DNA of 64,000 nucleotides from Iphione sp. A-MEVVRFRX5. Lineage: Eukaryota. The position numbers and the translations under genes are program-made. Under the pieces are notes generated by a model. That model was not told the DNA's origin, searched no databases, and worked only from the letters and a program-made list of their open reading frames with translations. How positions within the stretch are numbered: the first letter of the stretch is position 1; each line of letters begins with the position of its first letter. The DNA lies in assembly GCA_976226885.1 (NCBI GenBank), contig OZ320318.1, forward strand, positions 68,510,001-68,574,000, read 5' to 3'. Below are positions 52,290 through 64,000 of the stretch, piece after piece.

Positions 52290-52480
52290 CCCGTCGGAAC
52301 ACGTGATCAAAGGACGCAACACCGAGGCGGCGGCCATTTGCACGGTCACGTGACGGACGACAGTCAGCCAATCGATCACCCGCTTCGTTCCGTTTCCCCT
52401 GGCCAACGCCGCTTGTCGCTGACGTCAGGCACCTGGCGGACAATGCAGTAAAACTGCCTGGCAGCGCCTCCTAACGGGTC
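52290..52480. promoter_or_regulatory. Promoter-like motif cluster 1
   Basis: CACGTG 52300, YY1-like GCGGCCATTT 52330, GTCACGTGAC 52345, CCAAT 52368 and TGACGTCA 52420, all in a CpG-rich stretch. Confidence 0.5.
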
Positions 52481-52959
52481 ATCTGCTTTAGCGGACGCAT
52501 GGCCTCCTCCTCCTCCATACAGCAACCCCTTACCCGATGTTCATAACTCAACGTCCCCCGCCCCCAGTCATGTTCCACCTGTCCCCTTTCTTTCTTAAAG
52601 CACTCTGCCTTCGAGGACCGCGCATATGTATGTGTTCGGTGAAGAAGTTCTTTTGCCCTACAGTGAGAATAAGTTCTAGGCGAGGAGAAGTACCGCTACA
52701 GGCCGTGGTTAGGAGCCGGCACTTCCTGCTCGCCAACCGTGACGGTTTAGCGCTCAGGCTTTCCCGGGAGGCCATGAGTGAGTGGTCGAATAGGTCGGTG
52801 GGTTGGAAACGGGTGTGAGGTTTAGCTGTACATCGAACGAGATGCGGTGAGATAAGGAGGGTAAAGTGGGAGGGGGGGAGGGGGTAGACTTGAGTATAGG
52901 GGATGGCGGTCTGGAGGGCGGAAATTACACTCTCACAGGAACCTCATTATATTGTCACC

Positions 52960-53120
52960 GTGTTGCGTGACGTATAGCGTCGGCGGCCGGAAGTGACGGA
53001 CATCGACGCCCTAGTCGCGCGTCGTCACCCAGCGTCTGCGAGGCGGCGTCCCTAAGGCCGACGATAAGAAACCAGCCACCTCGCCGTGTGATTGGTTCGT
53101 GTCAAACCACGTGATTAATT
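52960..53120. promoter_or_regulatory. Promoter-like motif cluster 2
   Basis: TGACGTA 52968, ETS CCGGAAGTG 52987, ATTGG 53091 and CACGTG 53108; CpG-rich. Confidence 0.45.
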
Positions 53121-56100
53121 ACAGAACGGGCAGTGACCGAAAGGCAGACGGGTGGACATGAACATCATGTTACACCCTCCTCGACACTTAGCCTGGACTT
53201 CTCTAATTGATTATCCAAACGGTTGTCCCTAAAATTATACTATAGGGGGGCATAGGAAGATGAGAAGACCATTCCTTAATGATCGTAAAATCAAAACAAA
53301 GTTGCCTGTTTACCTAAGATATTTTCCTTTTATAGTTTTTTTTTGGGGGGGGGAGAGTGTTTACATTCTATATATTTTTTCCGGAAACAGGTATGTAACA
53401 GTCAGATTGCATTTTTGAATTTTGGTGATCTTACCCATTTGCTAATCATGAGAATGAAACTAATTGATTATTGGGACCATTTAATGTTTTTTCCTTCTCC
53501 TGTGTTGCCTGTCTAGTTGCTCGGTGGCATCTGGGAGATTCTTTGTTGTATATGAAGGATTTTCACCAGATCATTAATATTTCCACGTAGACATAATTTT
53601 TATGTTTCTGTGTTGAAGGCAATGCATTTTCTACAGGGAAAACATACTTGCAATTGAAAAATCCTGGAGACATACACTTTATATAATGATACAACCAATT
53701 CCTTTCCTACTTGGTGATCCTCCGAATTCTCTCTCAACTCTCTTTCCCATCTCCCAACGTGTCTCTCCATCCATCTCTATATATGATTATACTCTCATCT
53801 GTCACCAGCAGGTATCTTCTCATATCCCGTAGGCCGTGCTCCCTGTCCGTCTGTCTTCCTGTCTCTCCATGTGTCCCCGATTGCCTTCCCGTCTCCAATG
53901 TCAAATAGGATTTAAGATGATACTTTGTCAGTCTGCGTCCCGGTCCAGATAGCCCACCGTGAACTCTCAGGAAGTCACCAAATCTGCCTCATGGGATTAA
54001 TTAATCACAGCACTTCAAGAAATAAATACTGGAGTAGCGACCGAACTTTTACGAGCAGATCGACGGGAATCCAGCCTATATCATTCCCACTCACAGGTAG
54101 AATAAGTTGTCTCAGACGATTCCTAGGTTTGGTTGAATGGATCGCTGCAGGTAGTGGAACCTCTTCGGAAAACTAGGAAGGTAGGGAGGTGGATGCCATT
54201 GATGGCACCCTGGAGTGGATTTGGTTGTAGCACCAAAGCTTAATGGGACATGGATTAGCATTGATTGCCCTGGCGGCGAGTAGAAATGTCGATGGCCTTT
54301 TTCCCTGACTCAGGAAAGTAGAACCAGATATCCAGGTAAAAGAGAAATATGTCACGCATCGACGAGGGTGAAATCGAATCATGTTTTCACAAGAAAATGG
54401 TATTGGGTCATTTCATATAAATACAATCGGAGACCAATATGAAAGTTACTGGCTTCAGTAGGCTTGAAATCTGTTTAGTAGCCATTGGCCGACGAAAGGT
54501 ACGACAGAGACTGTTTCTGCCTTTTGTGACGGTTTATGTAGGGATTAGCACGTGATCAATAGGACGCGGCCTCCGCAGGCTACGGCTCCTAATCTACGAG
54601 CAGCTCGCCTGCAGGTGCCATCGACATGGGCTACTGCCCGAAAACGTCCGGCTAATTTGGAGCCGCGGCGGTATAAGGTTCGGGTACGACGACCCGAACA
54701 CCGTATACATGATAAATACAGTATGATTGGTCCGTGGACGTTGAAGCCACTTCTGGGGGACCAACAGTGATGTTAACTATACATCAAATCGAGTTGAAAG
54801 AGGAAAGGCAACCTAACGCAGAGCAAGCAGACTAAGTTTACTCAACGATGAGGAAGAGAAATCCCTGAGACCTGCTCATGATTTTAACTTAGCTGTGTTA
54901 AAACAGACCAAATGTTGCTCATATAGGGCATATACCAAAGATCGGATACTGTGTTTACAGAGTGCTTTAAGAAGTGAGCAGTCAAGATTTACTTCCTTTT
55001 TTTCAAAACAGAATGCAATAAGAGAAGAATGATATAGGAACGTGAAGGTCAAAGACACTTTTATGGAGTACACGGTATGGAGCCGTTAAAAATGAAGAAA
55101 TAGGGAGAATATTCATAGGATATATGCATAAGAGGAACAAATGCGAGAAAGGATTCTTGTTCAGTCAGCGGATGAAAGAGAAAGTAATATATGAAGGATG
55201 GGGATGCAAACAGCAGATGTCCGTGTTTTCGTAGCTTGCAGACTTGATGTATTAGAGGCATTAAATCGATCAATTTCCATACACATGCCGCCATTGTCCT
55301 GCAGGCCTTTATCGATTGCAGTGCATCACAGCGATCTATTTTACATTATACAGAGACAGAGGGATATGTTAGTATGCAGTATGTCATTTAATAAAGCTCT
55401 GTACACTTGATGAGACACGTACATCTTCCCTCGGTAGGGATCTATTTTTCCTTTGCAATATGTGAGACAAAGGACAATAGGACACATCCGGCCAATTCAT
55501 GTAACACAAGCTGAAAGAGAAGAATAAAGGCGGACTTTGACGTCTAAATGGGATGGAAGTGCCCATCCTTTTTTTCGAAACACTCGCTACGAAATAAACA
55601 ATTACTGATGTAACAGTAAACCTATGTCAACGCAAATACCGGCGCTACTTAACATCGTCAAGAAAATGTATTCACCAAAATTACAACTGCCACCTGTACT
55701 GTAGGTTTTGTATTCATTTAAGACGATCCGCGGGTAAAACATCCTTATTTCGAAACAAAAACAAAAATGCAATTTATGTAGTTGTCGTCTGTTGAAATAA
55801 ACGATCCTGTTATCTACCGGTGGGAATTGTACTTGAAGATTGTTTTCTCCCCAGCGCGCCTATTGGAGATGGTTATAAAACATGACCGGAAAATATTGGT
55901 TTTTTTTAAAAAATATAATGTCTTCTAGAATCCTTAGGGATCTTTTCAAATAAATTGAAATTTATTTGACATGCGAATATGTACAATAAAATGTATAAAA
56001 TCCCATTTCGAACAACAAGCTCATACAGAACATTAGAAGAGTTTCGTCAAATACTATTGCTCTATACATTTTGATTTGGTATATAACGTCGTTACTGTAT

Positions 56101-59100
56101 TCCGCCAGGTGTTGTACCTGCATTTTCTGTATTTAAAAGGTTACAATTATGTCTTCTCGTTTGTATCTACCTTTCCAAAGGGAAAGAGTGCACATTGCCC
56201 TAGGTCCATGCATGTAAGTTCCCCATGAACAGTATAAATATTCTTGAACGTAATGTACACAGGTCTACGTTCTACTACCGCTGCTATACTACCAACATTT
56301 TATAAGGAGACTAACTCAAGGAAGACACTGAACTAGCCAGTTCTTCGAGTTATGTCACTGTGACAGCGTAGATCTGCAAGTGAAATAGTTTCTATCGTTT
56401 TCCCTGTAGATTCAGTATTATTATCTTCTCCGTAATTTGAAGATCGCACAGAATATTTACAAAGCTGAAACAAGCCAACTTTTTTTTCCATGAGCCGCTC
56501 ATTAAGACCACTATTCCTAAACCAAACCGAAAAAAAGAGGAACGATACAAAAAGGTATCGGAGACGGCAAGGCTTGAATAATGTAAAATTTGCTCTCAAA
56601 GCCTGGTAAATAGTAAAACTAACCGACAGCCTTTTAGGGTAGGACAGTAAAACACATTAAGATCGACACGAGGACAGCGAAAACCAAGTCGACAGCCAAT
56701 GACAGCGGTTCTGAAGAAGTACACTTGAAGAATGGCGGTTCGTCGTCTTACAGGCAGAGGGCGTCAGGTTGTAATCCATCATGGCCGCCAACATGGCATT
56801 GATGAGAGGTTGGAGGGGGGGGGGGGTACCTGTGTAAGGGCTGCCGGGGCACAGCGTGTAAGAAGAATGAGTGCAACTGCATGAGGAAGGATCGCATGGC
56901 AAAGGATCATATATACAGAACTGGTATATGAAATGCTCCCTAGGTATAGGCTTGTAGGGAGATACAATCTAAATGGTGGCGAATAATCTGCATGGACTGT
57001 CCTTATTTTGCTATTGACTGCTTGTAAATGCATTTCGTTCAGAAATGTGACACTTTTAGGGTAAGGTTATGCAAGAGGCAAATTCCTGGGTAATTTACAT
57101 CAGGTCATATCTTAGCGGAAGTGCATCGGCAAGGAATGTGACGTCAGAGGTGATGTGTTAATACAAATGTGTAGTTGTTGGCGTGGAGCATAACGTTATA
57201 TTTCAATGTTAGAAAATCAGTATATTCTCCTTTGCATTACATTTATTGTAGAGGTAAATACATTCAGAGTCCATGCAAATACGTGTGTGCAGAGTCCAGG
57301 GAAACTTCTAGTTCCTTCCAATTCCACCTCTCATAAATTGCATGGATAGTAGACTCCCCCTTCCATTCAGAAAATTACTTGTGGAAAAATGAAGCATTTT
57401 CTACGAGAGGACTCTAATGAAACAGGGGATAAACCATAACGGCAAATTCAAGATGATTTTGTTCAACGTGTTGATATTGAAAGATAGTATATGCTGACAG
57501 AATATCTCTAGGACACACCAGTACAAACAGGGCATACAACAACACAGAAGAAACAACGAGTTAATTGTTCAAAAGCCAACGGTACTGTCAGCATGCATAG
57601 TTAATAGTCCTAGGTTCAAAGGGACTTGGTTGGCTGTGATGCAGGATTCACCAAATAAGTATCATATATAAAGGAGTAACCACACTGATAAGTGACGACA
57701 AAGTATGATATCTGGTCAGAATCATAATATGAATATAATATACATGTATAGCCAGACCTGCAATTCCAACGCCTCTTTGTTGTCCATCTACGTGCATACG
57801 CAAGACGTTTCCCAGGTGCCCTCTTTGCACATCCACCGCCCATTGTGCACCCATGGGAAGGATTGATGACATTTTGATGTAATAGTTACAGTTATGACAG
57901 CCTCCAGCTGCATGCAAGCTGTATCTGCCCTCAGGGGAGGCGGCGGAGATAGGGGCGGGGGTCAAAAGCAAAGGCTATAACTACTGTCTATTCGTCCCTT
58001 CTCTGAGATGGACCCACTGTACGCAATGCCAATTATACCGGTATCTACCAGGAAATGCCGGCTTGGTTTTTTTTCCGAAATAGCGTAACGGAACAAATGC
58101 ATGGGAAAGTCTGTGTTTCGTGGAGTGATCGGAAAAATGGTTTGGTTCAGTCATTCACCGTGTTTACGTGTCGATACGAAATGTTTATACTGAACTAACA
58201 CAATTTGCCTCCTTTCTTACCGTTATCTCACACCAGGATGGGCCAAATGGCTTCATGTTTACATATTGTAAGGGTAGAGTGATCATCCATTGTTATAGAT
58301 ACATGTAAAATATATACGTGCTTGTGAAAATAAATATGCATGTACATGTGTCTACAAACTTGATCCTTTCTATCATATGCTCTTTCCCCAAATGCCGAAG
58401 CGACGGGTTAGCCATTTCTGCAGTTCCTGTGATATGGGGTGTAGTCGAGAGCTGGTAGCCCGTTACATTTGATCTGACATCAGAGACGGCAGGACGTGTT
58501 TTGGGGGGTGGGTCAAGAGAGTGGAAAAGCAGGAGGTGCTGTAAAAGGGTAGGAGAGCAGCCGGTAAAATGCGGTAGGGTGCAGGGTAAAAGCACTGGCG
58601 CGGGCGTGCTCTTGTATCCGCCGCCACCGCCTGCACCAGACTGAGTGATTACGTCTGGCGTCGAAAGTGGCGTATCACATGTTATAGGTCAGCTCAGTAT
58701 ATTGCAGGATCTCATTCCATTCGGGACGTGCGATGCTACTGGTTTCATCTGAAAACCATCCTCAGTGATAATTGGTTCCGATTTAGAATGTCCATTTAGA
58801 TCCATCAGACAAGGAGAAAATGTCTCTTAATGTAAACAGAAAAAAAGACTCGGCTTGGTTTAATGGTAGTCTATATATGAAATATGATACGAAGAGCTGT
58901 AGTGTGAGTCAAGCTCAGATCAGTATTGATTGTCGAAAGCTATAAATATTTAGCCTTTGAAAGACCTCACTTTTTTTACTACTCATAATGCCAATTCCAT
59001 AGCGATCCTACCTGTTTACTTTCTATCAAGATTGCAATTGAAAGTAAATATAGGCCACGCGTAGGATCGCACTGAGTGCAATTTGAAAATGCTATTTATT

Positions 59101-62100
59101 TTTCTGAAACTTTCAGCCGTGTGTGCTGTTATATCAGAATTATTCAGACTCTAAAATCTGAAACCTACCAGGGTACAGTCCAGCTGTGACTGCTGAGAGG
59201 TCATCAAGTTGTAAATGGACTATTTCCACTTCCAAGATTTGTTCCACTCTGTCAATTTGACAGTTGCTTCCATATCAATGAATTTTTACCTCCTAAATAA
59301 ACAACCGTTTCCCCCCACCACCTATGGGGAACGAAATGCCCCTAAATCAAACCGCAATTCGATGGTAATCTCTGTCTAGTTAGGTGGAACAATCGTCCAC
59401 TCTATCCACTGGCTTTTACGCCGCCTGTCGGCATACATTAATAATAGGACACAATAATAATAGGTAGACACAATAAGCCATGACGGGATCAAACATGCCC
59501 TGCCACTGCGTTTCCCTGGTATTACGTATGTACCGCGTGTTACGTCTCTATAGGCACAATAACGTCCATATTCAGGATCTGAGACGGTTCGTGTGCAGGC
59601 AGCTGTGCGAACTGCTTCGGGTCCTTTGACATAATATGCTATATTCTTTTGAAAATGTGTGTAGTATTCTGCTTGATTCATAAACCTTTATCCTGAAACG
59701 TGTGAAAGTTTTCGTATACTCCAAAATGAATGCTGGAATAGCCTGCCATTACTTCCATTCAACAGAAGCTTCCAATTCACTTTGTCTAATTTACATCCCG
59801 ACAATTCCTGTGACAATTGTCTAAAAGACTTTCTGTACGCTGAGCGTCTCCTCATATATGTGTAGTATAACGGCTTGCCGACACGTTGGTACTTCCCACG
59901 GCAAGATAAAGTAACACATAACGGTTGATCGGTTGCATGAAAAGTGGCCGATCGCAAAAAAAAGGACAAATATCAGTTGTTAGGTGTGCATTTCCTCAGG
60001 GAGGCATTGTCGTTCATTAAGGAAGGGGTCAGTACCGCCGCTATATTTACAAGAAAGGTTCAGCTGCCGATCCGCCAGAGTAAGTGATATACAACACCAA
60101 GGATAAAGGGCATGAGACTAAATCGCTCCTTTGGATGGGACCACACCAGGCAGTTCTAAATCCAGCCCTCTGGGAGTCGTATTTAGGAGGAAGCGGTTTT
60201 CTTACTCGGCGCTCACGGCTGACCGTATCAGACATATATGAGTTCGTATACAGAATCCCGACTGAGCGAATCTATCTCACTATTGAATAGTCCTCGGTTC
60301 CGTTGGGAACGTCTGGCTTTAATGCATTCCAGATAGCAAAGGGATACATACGAATTCATGAATTCTCCGCCTTTGCGTGTGCTTTAATCCCCCGAGGCAG
60401 GGTGGCAAGGATACAGGTGGGCGGCCATACAACCTACAAGTAAGCGGATGGGCCAATTCCCCACCTATTAATAATGGACCTTTTCAAATCTATGCGAATG
60501 TAACCTTATGGGTGTCTGTTGGCTTTTAAACGATGTACATGTATGCGTATCAAGAATGGATAATTCTGTGTCCATCCCCAGTGTGGCTACCTTCACTAGT
60601 GCAGATCTGCAAGTGGTCGACCAACATATTGATTTCAATAGGATGTCATGTGAGAACACTTCTGGTTTGAAATGTAGAATGTCCCATGCCGGAGTCAGGA
60701 ATAGATTCGTTCCACAATAACGGTATATAGTGGTGAAATAACCCGCACGTCTACTTCAAGGGTGGATGTGGTGGGACACCTAAAGTTACTTCACTTGATA
60801 TGTTCGCGAGTAGAGTGTGGGGAGCAGGTTTCCAGTACATTTATAATATCCAGTCACCAGTAGGACTATCAAGGTGCCTGATACATTTGTTGATAATACG
60901 CATGTGACGCTCTGCGGCCCCATATCTGACCACCGAAATCATTCCAACAAACAAACCGTCAGCGTACTCAGATGATAAAAAAGAACAAACCACACGGACA
61001 CAGAAAATCGGCCTCACTACCGGCTACATCCAGTATCAATTTTGACCGTTTTTGTCACGAGACCACCAGATATTTTCACGATCGGCAAATATTTCATTAC
61101 TAACTTTTCGATGATCTTGTTTTCACCATGTGTTAGCCGGCCAAAATAGCCCCCTTACATTGACATATTATGTACGACGAGTTTAAGCACACAATATAAA
61201 GAGGGCGTGTGCTGCTGATATATCGCAATAGGGACCGGTTCTTTTATTGGTTCCTGTTGTTATCCCAATGGCTCAGCAGTTTGTTCAGGACAAGGACAAA
61301 TACATGCTGCACTGCGGCGTTGGTTTTGGCATCGAGGTACCTCAACTATGAATATTTTACATACTATTCGTCCCGGAATGGACGGCTGGCCTGCTTCGGC
61401 GGCCGTCCGATATCCCTGACATTTAATCAGATGAATAGTGTGGGCAAAACTGGCTGCTAGCCGTAGCATCGCCTTCTAATAGTCTAGGTTGGCTAAAGGG
61501 AAACGGCCCGTTAGAGACCCCCATGGGGCGTGTGAGGCAAGGGAAGCTAATTCTCTAGACAAGGATTGTGCGATAATATGGCCATTAGAACGAGTCGAGC
61601 CAAAGCTCTGCTGCTATATCGTAATCTCGAAGACTTCCGGCTCAGCTCTGTCGGTATAGCACCTTGTTTAGTCTCAAAACAAGCCATACGTGCTCCCAAG
61701 CACTCGAGTAGCAGGCACCGTAAGAAATATATATACATATATATATACATGACTATATTCATTCTTAGCTATAGCCATGTGTGTAGTCCTATGTGTAAAA
61801 GAAGATGAAAAGCCTGTCACATACAAAGAGGATCGTGAGGAGAAAGCAGAATGTACATATATACATTGTATATACATGTATTCAATATCGACCAAGACCG
61901 TTCTCAGCAGACAATGAACACTCCGTTGTGTGCAAAATGTTTGGAGAAGAACCATGGAATACTAGAGTTTCAGAACAACACATTATTAGGTCAATTTTCA
62001 ACCTCTTCGAAGCATTTTATGTATTTCAAGGCCTTTTTGCCACTGAAATCTTTTATTTTGTGGTCAGTGACTCCATCTTACCCGTATGTTGCTGAAATAG

Positions 62101-62845
62101 TTAATTTTGCTTGGTTTAAAAACAGTGATGACAGAGGTCGTACCTGAAGTGCATCTATCAACTTGTGTTTCTTGACCCTATATGATCCGTCATACATTGT
62201 TCGAGTAATCGTTTTCGAATTCTCTTTATACCAAAGTTTTTTTCTGATGTTGTTGCGGATTTCCTTTAATTCTGGAACTGATTTGAGAGATTAAGATCAC
62301 AAGATTAGGTAGACAATTCACTCAGCTTGATACCACCAATAAATATAATAAAGTAAATCCATATACTAAACAATTACACAGTAGCTGAAACAGTGGGCGG
62401 TTAAAATTAACGTTCGAAGATCCACAAGAATACAACGTAATATATTATTAACATGAAGTGCCAAAATCTTAGTTTCATCGACCGGTCAATATGACGTACA
62501 TTCTTGCTATTTTCCCCGCTAGACGATATCCATTTGGGAAATTGACATGCCGACACTAATGCTAATATGCATGTTCCGAATATCCCATTCTTAAACGATG
62601 TCCAGAACGTTGTCCCATTTTCATTTCCTTAAATGTTATCGTTTCCAATACAGAGAGATTTTAGATGTACGCACTGTAATATTTGGCCTGGATTTCAGTA
62701 CACAAAGTCCAAGTGGTTATTCTATAGATGCCATTGCGCATGACTAGGAAAAAACGTGGCGCCCCAGAGGCGCCATGAAGACCTCTCTCGGTGTTATGCA
62801 ATAATGGTAAAGGTGGCGCTTCATAGCACTGATTGATGACACTCC

Positions 62846-62855
62846 GCGCATGCGC
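62846..62855. promoter_or_regulatory. NRF1-like palindrome
   Basis: GCGCATGCGC within a small CpG-rich patch. Confidence 0.25.
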
Positions 62856-63082
62856 TTTATCTACTACCAGCCACTCGGCGCCAGACCAGCATTCAAATCC
62901 CTAACCACATTTAGATATCAACTTCTCTTGTCATGATTGACCTGGTATCTCCCCAAGTATTTTTTCTCCTACTACGTCCAATTTACTTCTAGGTGCATAC
63001 AATCAGCATTCCGAACCTGCGCCTGAAGCATTCGCGATTTACAGATATACGAATACGCGCCTACTATTTCAGGCTTACAATT

Positions 63083-63601
63083 TTAACGAATGTTGTGCTT
63101 GCTCACAATACAACCCTTCAGAACCAGCTGAGAGACTCTGGTCCTACCTACAAAGGCATTCGGTAGAGCAGCTCGCACGGGTAGGTCATCGACGTGACCA
63201 ATTAAGCCGCCTATACATTTTGGTTTATCGCGTCTCTTTATCTTTGCCACTCGGTCCAACCACCAGCAGTCAGCCACGCAATAAAGCCACCCATCACCTA
63301 ACAGTCTAGGCCACCCAACACCTGGCAACTTTGTGTGGTATTCCATCACGGTAGGGCTGAGCCAACCTGAATTGATTGCTACGTCTAGTCGCCTATTACC
63401 ACTGTCTGGTCCTACTTCACTCAGTAAGCCATATTTGTCTGCCGCCAGTTGACCTACCTGTCCTGCCTGCCCCCACACCCGCTTTGTCCAGTCGGCCATT
63501 ACCGCATTGTCGTAATGTCTTGCCATATTCATCTCTGTCCGAATGCTGGTCTCGCCTGAACTGAGCCAGCCTATATAGCTTATTACCACTATGTATAACA
63601 T
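63083..63601 (-). other. Unassigned 172-codon ORF with protein-like composition
   Basis: Longest ATG-initiated ORF in the supplied track; non-repetitive and G/W/D-rich. No family recognised and no clear splice sites. Confidence 0.3.
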
Positions 63602-64000
63602 ACCATCATTCTCCCAACAACCCCTTGGTGTCCCGCATCAATGATCATTATGGGCTGGAAAAAAAGTGTCTCGCTTCACTTGCCACTTCTGGTTCAAACA
63701 ACAATCCGATCATTTTTTGCAATGTTGAAAGGCCCCCTCCCCCCCTCTCTGCCGAGGCTCCAACCAAAGAACTAGGAACGATTTGTTCACACCACTGGGG
63801 TATTAGACGGGGCATTATAACCAGTGGGCAGTCTACTTCCAAATCGTAGTCTGCCAATCATATATTGACCAGGACAGTAGCCATGCTTTACTACAGTTCT
63901 GTTCTGCCATTCATATCTTCCCTGAGATAATGGAGAGCCTCTACTCTGATCCAGGTCTTCTGGTCATATTATGACCCATATCGTTACCAGGCTTTACTAC

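Noticed and set aside
60084-60290. LLWMGPHQAV, resembling the gypsy integrase W.GPY motif
   Set aside because: No integrase DDE, RT or LTR evidence nearby.
1-64000. CRISPR array, operon or prokaryotic defence system
   Set aside because: The sequence is eukaryotic (spliceosomal introns, SINEs, LINEs, microsatellites). There is no array of three or more regularly spaced identical repeats and no dense gene packing.

Overview
This is eukaryotic (invertebrate-animal-like) genomic DNA, roughly 40% GC by eye, and almost entirely non-coding. No prokaryotic genes, rRNA, bona fide tRNA or CRISPR array were seen. Only one intact host exon could be supported: a phase-1/phase-1 exon encoding most of an Ig domain (36259-36525, +). 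The best-supported mobile element is a decayed, intron-containing Crypton-type tyrosine recombinase gene (about 21765-23747, -). The window also holds several LINE reverse-transcriptase fossils, two MITEs, four tRNA-derived SINE copies or fragments, short tandem duplications and microsatellites. CpG-rich islands with dense TF-like motifs occur at about 26.0-26.3 kb and 52.3-53.1 kb. Several protein-like but unassignable reading frames (10.3-12.0, 14.9-15.4, 29.6-30.1, 59.4-60.0, 63.1-64.0 kb) may be viral or transposon fossils. Most ORFs in the supplied track look spurious. All translations and alignments were done by eye and no database search was run. I found no convincing novel multi-gene system; the leads below are ranked as such.
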